This document shows positions 21,490 through 32,005 of a DNA stretch of 42,412 bases, one piece after another; the stretch's first letter is position 1, and each line of letters begins with the position of its first letter. The notes under the pieces were generated by a model, which was given only the letters and a program-made list of their open reading frames with translations, made no database searches and was not told where the DNA came from. This DNA comes from Basidiobolus meristosporus CBS 931.73. Its lineage: Eukaryota > Fungi > Basidiobolomycota. The translations under genes were made by a program, and so were the position numbers. The stretch spans positions 1 through 42,412 of the forward strand of contig MCFE01000717.1 in NCBI GenBank assembly GCA_002104905.1. Reading direction: 5' to 3'.

Positions 21490-23355
21490 CCTATGAAAAT
21501 AACTGTAATGATCCCATCAAAAGGCTTTTACCAAATGAAAGTCCCATGACTTTGTGGTATTGGTCTCATTAAAACACTATATAAATATCATTACAAACAA
21601 TTTCTCAGCAGATTCTGCAAAAAACATGGCTAAAATTTTTCATCAGAGCAATATATAAGTGGCTTTTAATTGGTTCTTGGCCAATTCTCTCTCTTTCTGA
21701 TCCTGGACACCTAATCACCTCCTAATTTTGTGTACATTGATTGGCTATTACCCTTTTTCACAAATCTTACTTCCTGACTCAACCAATCCTCTAACCTTTC
21801 ATGCATACAAATTGGCTTATATCCATTGACACTTCAGTTGTAACTCAATTGCCAATTGCATGACCTGTACAAGTCCCTTCACCCAATATGGACATTAAGC
21901 CCAACTCCACTCTCAATAAGGTACTCTATTTATATCTACCATTGAATAAATACCTCTGCTGTAACACCCTTCTTCTATTACCTTTGCAGAAACCGGACAG
22001 CTGTATGCCATTTTTCATCATCTGGTTACCATATGTCCTGTTCTTCAGCCAGCACTACAAGGCCCAACTTGTCATCTGCCAGTCTATGCAATAAGTATTT
22101 GCAATATTCAAGTTTCTTTTGTTGACCACTGCTCTTGAAGAAGTTTTACAACCTCTTGATGTACCTATGAATGTTCCAAAATTTCATTTTAGGCATTATG
22201 GTCATCTTTTAACTCATGACCTTGTTGCTTTGTCTGTCAGTAGGATCTCCACTCTGTCTACAATGGAGGATGTGGAGGAACTGGTAGTCATTTCCCTTTC
22301 CTTGCTAGCTCATCTACCTTACAGGAGTGTAGCATAATTGGCTGCACTTTCAACTCTTAGGAAAGCAGAAGTGGTCTTGTTGGTAATTCTTCTTAGCTAT
22401 TATTGGACTCTGCCTGTTCTGGGCTGATGTTATAGCTGGCAAGAACTGCAGCTTTTTCTCACACTTCCTTGTCTAGAGCTTGATTAAGCATTTTTCACTT
22501 TGCCTTCTCCTCCAGCACTGCCAGGTCTTTCACTGCTAATCTGAAGGAGTATATCTTGACTGCAGCTACACTTGTTTCTTACAAATCCTCACTGTTGCAT
22601 GCATTTTTACCTGGTTGCCCCTTATTTTCATTGTTCTGGCTACCTGACATATCTTTCCACTTACTTAGAGCATCTGGCACTGCTTGTAACAGGTACATGT
22701 AGAAGCTTCTGGTTTTTAGCTGTGCCATCCTTGTTCTTCTGCTTTTGATAGTTTCTACTATTGTTGCAATACCATTATAGCATACCAGTGTTAGCCCAAA
22801 ATCAGTTAGCTTGTCTGAATCCAAGATAATGCCATGGAGCACATCAAGCCTGTTTTGCTTGGCCTTGAGTTCCTGATAGTCCCATAGTATGCTGGCCTTG
22901 CGGTAATGCCATGTCAGCCTTCTTACAGCCTCCTTATTATTAGACAACTCTTAAGTATTGCACTTGGTAGCTTTGCTGATCTTCAGTGTCTTTTCATTCT
23001 TTTGCTCTGGTATAAATACTACAGTCTCTTCCTCCTGTACTGTGATAAGCTTTTCTGTGCACTTCACATTTGGGCACTGGTAAGGTGCTTCAAAGACTTT
23101 ACAGAGTTCTGCTGCTGTTATATTAGGAAGTAACTTAACTCTTGTCTGTGACAGTGAGCAACTTGAGTTCCTCCTTTGCAGCTGCTACTGAAATACTGAT
23201 TGCTTTACACATATTATCCATTCATCCTACTGCTGGAAAACTTTCCTGACCTTTCTGAGCAATTACATCTACTTTACAAGCCACTGTACCTGATTGCCTC
23301 ATTAATGCTTCAATATTAGCTAAAAGCATACATGCAAGTACTGGTTTTGTTGATG
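21490..23355 (-). pseudogene. ORF-H copy (middle and C-terminal part)
   Basis: ORF 22,579-22,947 and flanks are homologous to 12,627-13,098 and 9,950-11,392. Confidence 0.7.
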
Positions 23356-24005
23356 TGTGGCAATGGAATGTATTCCACTTCTACAATATCTCAAAACCAA
23401 TATTGCACTGAATTTTTGATTTGCCTTTTGTTATTGTAACACAAATCAATGATCAGGAATTTCCAACTTCAGAGGACAAAAGCTCAAAGCCCTGACAAGC
23501 AATCCACGCACAAATATTATGTCATGCTAAACACCCAATAGCTAACAGATGCTACAAATCACAGCTCAATTGAGTTATCATCAAAAACATATACACTAGG
23601 CCTCTATTGCTAGGACTACTATGGTGACTGCAGTTGCATGTAACTTTAGAACTAGCTGGTCAAGTCATGTGAGGTTCTCACCAGTGCTGCACCTATGGCT
23701 GATCTCCACTACTGCAAAATTTAGCTTTGTATTATACATATTGCTTATACATTTGTCCAGAAACTTTGATCCTCAAGAGCTTCAATATATATATATCTTC
23801 CCTAGCTAAAAATGAAGGAGTGCTTCTCTGTCCCAAATCTCCATACTTTAATTACAAGCTTGAAAGTTATAAGACTTCCCCTGCATCACATACACTGTTG
23901 AGTATTCTGACTTTGATTAAGACTACCTCAGTAAAGAGACTGCAAAGCCCATAAGAGACTAGCCATAGTTCTACAAGAGAACTACTGCTTTTCTGTTGGA
24001 AAAGT
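23356..24005 (+). mobile_element. Element Y, copy 3 (truncated, more diverged)
   Basis: Starts TGTGGCAATGGAATGTATTCCACTTCTACA after GATG (23,352-23,355). Colinear with 13,099-13,775. Confidence 0.75.
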
Positions 24006-24164
24006 TGCAATTATCTGATGCTTAAATGTTTGAGTTAGATTGGTCTTGGTTATATCAGTTAGTGATATGTTTAGCCTGTCAGTATATCAGCTATATCTTT
24101 CAGATCAGTATTGTAAGCTGGTAGATGAGTCAGCAGATCCTTTTCAGACAGAAACAGATATATT

Positions 24165-24874
24165 AGACTTGATCCATTGTGTAGTATAACATGGAGCCAC
24201 AAGTGCCAGATTATGCCATAGGTGCCAGAAAGGCCAAGTATAGTTGCTTTAGCCACATAGTGTGAGACATAGTTCTACATCAACATGCAAAGCAGCCCCT
24301 ATTTTTCACCTACTGTGCAGGTGAAAATCTACTTTTGGGCCATTTTTTGTGGATTAATATTGCACATGATGTGTAAGAGCACAGAAGAACTGAAGACAAG
24401 TATTGGGTACCCAACACCCTTGGCACTCTGAATCTATCTCCTGAGGCTTGTAACATATCACAAAAATGAATGGCACTATCTTGTCCATTGGTACTATCTG
24501 ACACTACAAGTGCTATGTATAGGTTTAATTTAGGGCTAATATTTCAATATAGTGCCGGATAGTGCCATGCATTTTTGTGAAATGTTACAAGCCTCAGGAG
24601 CTAGATTCAGAGTGCCATTGGTATTGAGTACCCAGTGCATGTCTTCAGCTTCTGTGTACTCTTACACATTATGTGCAATACTGATTCCAAAAAAAAGGTC
24701 CAAAAATGAAACTTTACCAGCACAGTGAGTGAAGTACAGCAGCTGCTTTGCATGAAAATGCAGAGCTATTCTCACATTCTGTGTCCAGGTATAAGTCTGC
24801 TATGCCTCTCTGGCATACTATAGCACTATTTGGCACTCATAGCTCAATATGGTACTATCCAACAGAACAAATCT
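24165..24874. mobile_element. Fold-back MITE, copy 3 (710 bp, more diverged, small internal deletion)
   Basis: ATT duplication at 24,162-24,164 and 24,875-24,877; same arms and spacer as copies 1 and 2. Confidence 0.88.
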
Positions 24875-25399
24875 ATTGGGTACAATCAAATTATGCAATG
24901 ATGATACAATCAAATGAGCTATTAACCACAGCTTACACTACAAAATACAACTAGTCAGCAATTGATCTGGTTAAATATATAAGGAGCTGCTGGAACCTCA
25001 ATAAACATCAGTTTAAGTTTTAGTGAATACAAAACTAGCTAAACTCTGCATTTGGTCTTCAACTGTTATATTGACACTTGAAACATTGGTAGCAGCAATA
25101 ACCCAAAACCTCCTTGCTGAAGAAAGAAGAGGCCTCCCTCAAGATTTCTGAAAATTAGAAATGGAAGAGTGCTATGCAGCAAGTTCTGCCCCAACAGCTA
25201 CAGGTACCCCAGATTCTCAGCCAGCTGCAACAAGGAATGACTACCATGGCCCAGAACCAGCAAAGCCCCCTGCTGTTGCCTTTAAAGGGTCTGGGGTACC
25301 CTCTTTGCTGATTTTCATTGTTAATTAAAGCATTTTTTGTCCCTTCTTGTTAGCACTTGGTTTTATTAATGCCTTATGTAGGGGCCATTCTTACACATA

Positions 25400-26252
25400 A
25401 TTAGAGGTCTAATCTTCAGTTTTGGACTCTAGGGCTGATAGAAGGCCTTAAAACCTGTCTGCCAAGCTATTTGGGAAATTAACCATCACATCTTTGTCAT
25501 TAGTTGGTACACTCATGGATTCCATCTCATTAACCAAAATGGTAGTTCTGCTAAATAAATTTTACTTCTTCTCCTTGCTGCATCTTTGTGGCATGGAATA
25601 TTTTGTCTAAGATTCATTTTTTTAGCAGCTGACCATGACTGGTAGGTGTCTCCTGATGCCTCCAGGCATTCTTTGCTGTTATTACTCTTGATCATTGAAT
25701 TGGCAATTTGTCTTTTATGTTAAGGCAAATGCAGTGAAAGGCATTTTGTTTGTTCTTCTGGTACTTTAAGGCTTCTGCTCCTATGCTTTTAGGAGTGCAT
25801 TCTGCTCCTGTAAGAAATCCGCAGAGCCTTGTTCCTGTTGCATACAGGGAAAAATTTCAGCAATAGCAGCAGTAGAGATTGCTGAGAGTGACAGCTTAGG
25901 GCTCATAACCCACTGTAAGAGTCTTAGAGATGTTGGAAGTTGGGCAAACAAGTAGATTACAAGGTTTTACTCAATGATTTATCAAATGAAAGTAGTATTT
26001 ATACTTTACATAGTCTTGGCAAGGCCAGCTCAAAGAATATGCTTTAGAAGGTCCCATGAGCATATGTGCAAAGTTTAAGGCTGCTTGGACAACTTTGAGA
26101 ATTTTCATGGTTGGGGTACCTGAGGTTTTGGTGAAAGCATTCCTAGTAGATCCCAACCAGGTATCTGGTCAGTATTCTGTAAGATTTGTAAGTAGCAGTC
26201 TAAGTGATTAAGCTAGGCTAATATTTTGGTGGAATAATGGACTTCTACAACA
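25400..26252 (-). mobile_element. Ty1/copia remnant (5' LTR starting TGTTG at 26,252 plus gag fragment)
   Basis: 25,500-25,750 on the minus strand is homologous to gag at 27,220-27,450; ~25,900-26,252 is homologous to the LTRs at 26,650 and 30,397. Confidence 0.65.
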
Positions 26253-26649
26253 GATCTATGGATATGAGCCTAATGCTGCAGTTAAGTGAGCTTTTAGATA
26301 CTTGAGAGGATCTGCTGTTATCTGCTTAAGGACACCTATGAGGATTCAGAATGGTATCTTTTGGGATACTCTGTTGTGGGCTGGGAGTAAAGTTTAGGGG
26401 ACAGAAACACACCACAGGATACATCTTTCTTTTCTAAAAAGCAGCAATTTCATGGAACTCCATAAAGCAGCCAATCATAGCACCTTTACTGCAGAGGCAC
26501 AGTGAATGGCATCCTGTGAGGATAAAAAAAGATGTGACTGAGAACACTCTTCTAAAACTGTGATATGTGCAATTATACTCTGCACTATATTTCAACCTAA
26601 TCACTGATTTATACAACCAGGTTGAAGTCCAACTCTTGGTACTAATATA

Positions 26650-29600
26650 TATTGTTAGTTTTGTAAATACACCCCAACACCCATCTAACTTTGTCATATA
26701 GTACATTTCCTGCAAATCATTCAGAAATCTGACTGAATTCCCTGCCAGGATGTACCTTGAGTATTCTCACCAATAAATCAGGTGCCCAGAACATTATATT
26801 TCTAAAGATTGTCTAAGCAGCCTTAAACTTTGCACACATTGTCTTGGGACCTTCTTAAACATGTTTTATGTGATTGTTTTGCCAAAACCATGTGAAGTTA
26901 CCAATACTACTTTTATATCAGTTATTAGTCAGGTGAGATATATATGATCAACTTGTTCTCCCAATCACTTCCAATATTTTCAAAACTCTGACTGCCGGTT
27001 TTGAACACCTGGCTGTCACTCTCTGCAATATCTACTCTTGCTAGAAGTGGAATTTTTCCTGCTGACAAGTCAGTTTGATCTAATGTCAAGTCAGACAGGT
27101 GAAGATGAAGATATTCCAGCTGGAAATAGGCCTTTGTGATATTGCTTTGGGACAAGAATCCCCTTCTAAAGGTGTAGGAGAAGAAGCCTTAATGTATTGG
27201 AAGAAAGAACAAAGTGCCTTTAACTGCATTTGCTTGCACATTAAAGACAAATTGCTAATTCTATGCTTAAGAGCATAGATAGCATTTGACTTTTGGGAGG
27301 TGTTAAAAGACAACTATCAATCAAGTTTGGTTGCTCAGAAAATGCATCTTAGACACAAAACTTCTGTACAATAAAGATGCCCCCAGGAGTAGAAATGAAC
27401 AATCCAATTTACAGAATTACCCTATTGGTTGGTGAGAGGGAGTCTTTGGGTCTACAAACTACAGATGAAGATATTACAGTTATCCTCCAGAGTAGTTTGA
27501 CAGACAAGGTTCAGGGACTTGTATTAGACTTAAAGTGCAGAACTGAGGATTTGACATTAAGTTATAGGTGAGGAAGGCTCCTGGATTGAGAAATAAAAAA
27601 ATCAAGTGCCAATAAGAAGGAAGAAAGATATTCTTTAATAAGTAATGATTACCACCAAACTAAGTGCCAATGACCTTATAAACATAGCAGCAATCTTTCT
27701 TGCAGCCACTGCAAAAGTAAAGGAAGCACATCATACTGGTGCATCAAAAGGACTGATTATCAGCAGAAAAAGCCAGAGTATGGAAATGTTGCAACAACTA
27801 AGGATAGACTATCTGCATCTGCATCAGATAGAACCACAAGCAAGGATTCTGAGATATGGTATATTGACTCTGGAGCATCTCAACACTTTACACATCAAAA
27901 AGGACTATTTACCCAATATTAGGAAATTCTAATCAAGCATGTTTTCATGAGAGATTACAGAGCACTTGATGTTGTTAGAAAAGGAACCACTTAAGTGAAC
28001 TGTTGTAGTGGTCAAGGAAGCCTCACATCCACCCTCAAAGAACTACTCTGTGAGCCAGAAGTAGAAATGAACTTGGTAAATGTAAGCAAGGTCACAGCAG
28101 CAGGACTCAGTTTCAGTTTTGACAGCTCTGGATACAGAATTGGTAACCAAAATGGTGTCCATATTGCTTCAGGTATCTAAGATCATATTCTACACAGGCT
28201 GACCTATTTTGCAACATATGTGGAAGCCAAATAGGTAACTTGAATGAAAAAAACACCAATGCTTTGGTACATAAGATCCAAACACATTAATTTGATTATT
28301 TCAGCTACATGCTCAAAAACAGCTGATTTCTGGAGTGAAACTGATCTCCCAGCTAATCTGGAGCACTGTGAGGCCTATGTATATGGGAAACAAGCCAAAC
28401 AACTGCTCAACAGCCCTGGGTTAATCAATACCAAGAAAAATTAGATCTAGCTCACTCAGATCTGTGTCAACCAATGCAAAATATATCCTTAGGCAGAATG
28501 AAGTAGTTAGTAACATTTATTGATGGTTTTACAAGATACACATAAGTTTACTTCACAGAGAGAAAGGAAGAAACTCTGTTGAAGCTTAAGGAGCTTAAAG
28601 CAATAGTTAATAGAGAATCATGCAAAGAACAATGAAAATATGCTCTGGCAAATTTGATGTAGATAGGTGTACAAGACAAAATACAATGCTCATGGTGCAA
28701 GTGAAGGATATCAAATAAGTTTTTTAGCTAAAGTATACTCTTAAATAAAGGACTGGCCAACACTGAAGCCTTTGCACCTGGAGCCAGGTATATTCTCATC
28801 AGACTAATATTGGCTATAGCTTCTAAATATTAGTCTTCTATTCATCAAGTGGATGTTAAACAGCATTTTTGAACTGGGAACTTGTTAAGGATGCATACAT
28901 GGATTAGCCAGCTGAGTGTGTTGACCAAGAAAGCCACCATTTGGTCTGCAAGCTTAGAGAAGCTTCACATGGTCTCCAATAGCCACCAAGTGCCTTGTAC
29001 TGCAAGATAGATTCTAATTTGGAATTTTTAGTTTCTACCAAAGAACTGCAGACTACAGTATCTACTACAAGTCAGGTAGAGCATTTCCAATTCTACTGGT
29101 ACTTGATGTTGGTCATTTTCCCTATGAGAAATCTTAAAGTTGGACTTCATTGAACTTTTAGCTGGTATACTGCTGGTATTGTAAAGATAATATGCTGGCA
29201 TCCAGTTGGTGTTTCTGCTTTATATTACTATTTGCAACTTCTGGTAGAAGTAATGAGCAACTGACTACCAAATTTGGTAAATGCCCGTCAGCCTAGTTTC
29301 CCTTAGCAGAGGATGTTGGCTTTTCTGCTCCAAAGCTAGTTCCCGGGGTACTGAGAGTTGTTATTTTTAGGGTAGTTGGGATTCAGCTGATCTTATGATG
29401 GTATTCTGCTGGCCTGCGGTTGATATTTTTCTTAAGGCTCATTATGACCACCAACAACCAACAGCATTGGAAGAGACTCAATCCAGCCAATCTAAGGAGC
29501 TCAAATGCCTAATCTAGGAGAATGTGGTACCTAGTTGGTGATAAAATACTCCATAGACAGGTGTACTCCAAACATCACCTTAAGTCAGTTCAAGTATATT

Positions 29601-30720
29601 CAAAATATATTAAAGATGCACCATATGGAAGACTGTAAACTGGCAGCTATCCAATGGTGACAAACCTCAACTGGGTCAGAACTCATCAAAATTAAGAGCG
29701 CTTGGTGCCCTCTGAAGGCCCACACCTCCCTTACCAATATATGGTCAGCAGTCTGATATGTGTCATGCTTAGAACACAACCAGTTATACATATCTAGTGG
29801 GATAAGTATCATCACAACTATGGATCTGATCATATTGTAGCAGATTAGCAGATTTTAGATGCTAAAAGGAACACCAATAAGGATCCAGAACCAGATTTTG
29901 TGGGATACTCTGATGCTTATTGGGGATAGAATTCAGAATACATACAAAATTTGGAAGACAGATGATCCACCACAAGATACACCTTTCTTATTGTCAAGGA
30001 GCAATTTCATAGAATTCAAGAAAGCAACTAACTGTTACACTCTCCACCACAGAGGTAGAGTATATGGCAGCTTGTGAAGCAACAAAAGCAGCCACATGGC
30101 TAAGAAAGCTTTTAAATATACAGGCTTATGTCAACAAATGCCTGCTACATTATTCCAGGATAAATATATATATATACATTAGGTAGAAACCCTACTCTTC
30201 ATTCTAGAGCTAGGCACATTGATATTAGTCATTGTATCATACATGAACCTATGATGTATAACTTATTTGGCTTAGTGTACTGTCCTATGGATGAAAAGAT
30301 GTCAGACATATTTACCAAGCCATTAGCTCAAGACAACCTTGAATATTTTATATCATAATTAGGACCAGTAAATGTGAATATTTAGTTGAGTGGGGGTGTT
30401 GTAAGCTTTGTAATTACACCTAGGCATTCATCTAGCTTAGTCACTTAGATCATCTTCTACAAACCTTGGAGAATCCTGACCAAACTCCTTGTCTGTATTT
30501 ACTTGGAAATTTTTCACCAAATATCTGGTTTCTGCAACATGAGATTTCTGAAAGTGGTCCAAACAGCCCCAAATCTTGCTCACATATTGTTGGGACCCTC
30601 CTAAGTATACCTTACATGTTTTATTTGCCAAGGCTATCTAAAAGTATAAACACTACTTTGACATCAACTACAAATTCTACTTGTTTTCCCAATCACTTCC
30701 TATATCTCCAAAACTGTTAC
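26650..30720 (+). mobile_element. Degenerate Ty1/copia LTR retrotransposon with both LTRs (~26,650-27,000 and 30,397-~30,720)
   Basis: gag WEVLKDNYQSSLVAQKMHL; protease WYIDSGASQHFT (27,857); GAG-pre-integrase LWYIRSKHIN/CEAYVYGKQ; integrase HSDLCQPM...VTFIDG; RT IHQVDVK and GLQ*PP; RNase H GYSDAYWG, LSTTEVEY, SDIFTKPL. Polypurine tract GAGTGGGGG (30,388-30,396) directly before TGTTG. Confidence 0.9.
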
Positions 30721-30724
30721 AGTA

Positions 30725-31240
30725 GAACAGAGCTTGTAGATATTAGACATCATTGCATATGTGGAGCAATAGAGACCTACTTAGTTAGCTTAGTTTACAG
30801 TCCTACCAATTATATGGTTGCAGACATATTCACCAAACCACTAGCTAGAGTCAAACCTGAGTAGCTGATATCACATTGGGGCTAATCAATATAAATATTC
30901 AGTCAAGTATAAGTAGGGTGAGTCTCATAAATACACTTTAATACTCACAAAACTTAGTCACTAGGTGTACAGTCTACAAATCTTAGAGAACTCTGGCCTA
31001 GCTCCATGTAAGGATTTGCTTGGAATACTTCACCAAAATACCATATATCCAGGATATTGACAAGTTGTTCAACAGTCCCAAACTTTGTGCACATGTTACT
31101 GAGACCTTCCTGAATGTACTCCACATCTACATTTTGCCAAGAGCATGTAAAAGTACAAATGCCTCTTTTACTTTCAATATATCATCATGCGAGAGTCCCA
31201 TAATCCACCTGTTTTCCCTATCACTTCCACTGTCTCCTGT
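30725..31240 (+). mobile_element. Second copia RNase H C-terminus plus LTR in tandem
   Basis: ELVDIRHH...YSPTNYMVADIFTKPL (30,725-30,860), a purine-rich tract at ~30,910, then sequence homologous to the other LTRs. Confidence 0.65.
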
Positions 31241-32005
31241 CACATTCACACACATTTCTGCAACTAGTAGGGAGGATTCACTTAGGTCACAATCGGGTCT
31301 GGTAAATATAGGAATTTAACTGCGTAAGAGTGAGGTGTATTTGTATTCCACCACTGAGCACATATACTGGCTTAGTCACTAAGGTCCCACTCTGGATGCT
31401 TGCTGTGGTGGAGAAAAGAGTTGGAGCAAACTCAGCCAAGTACTAGGTCTGGAAGTATCCAGTTCTGCAAAGCCTGACCCCACTCGAAGCGGTTTGGAGC
31501 TCACCAAACTCCGCACGTGACTGTCCGGGATCTTCACAGACCTGTTCTACCAGTTTCTTACAAAATCTCCACGCTCCTCGGGACGCCCAAAGTCATGGCT
31601 GGTCTGCCGGAACACCACCAGGACGTTGTCCGACCTGATCGAACTAAACCCAACCAAGCCCACCTGGATGGGTGCCTGGCATGGGCGGCAACACATACCA
31701 CCTATCGCCAAACCCAGTATGGCGAATGAAACTTCCAGAACCACTGGGTGTGCAGGAAATTCCAGGTGAGTGAGTGGGCGGGTGGTTTGTATCACTTCTA
31801 CGCGGCCCTATCTTGAGGCGATTATCGTGAGGCAGGGATTTGATGACCGGTCCACCAGCCGTATTTGGCAGGAGGGGAATGAAGGACATATTTGGCATGG
31901 CCACTTGGCGAATGGGCCAACCTCAGGGTTTATTCTATTGGTGAAACGTCGAGGGGGGAGGGGGAGGGGGAGAGGGAGGGGGAGACAACAACGAATCGAA
32001 GGACA

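Noticed and set aside
25971-31319. Repeated unknown protein family in short ORFs 25,971-26,156, 30,437-30,631 and 31,020-31,319
   Set aside because: These segments are the copia LTRs (one follows the PPT directly), so peptide similarity reflects nucleotide homology.
31383-31420. Methyltransferase motif I (LDACCGG)
   Set aside because: An isolated 7-residue resemblance with no following Rossmann-fold motifs.
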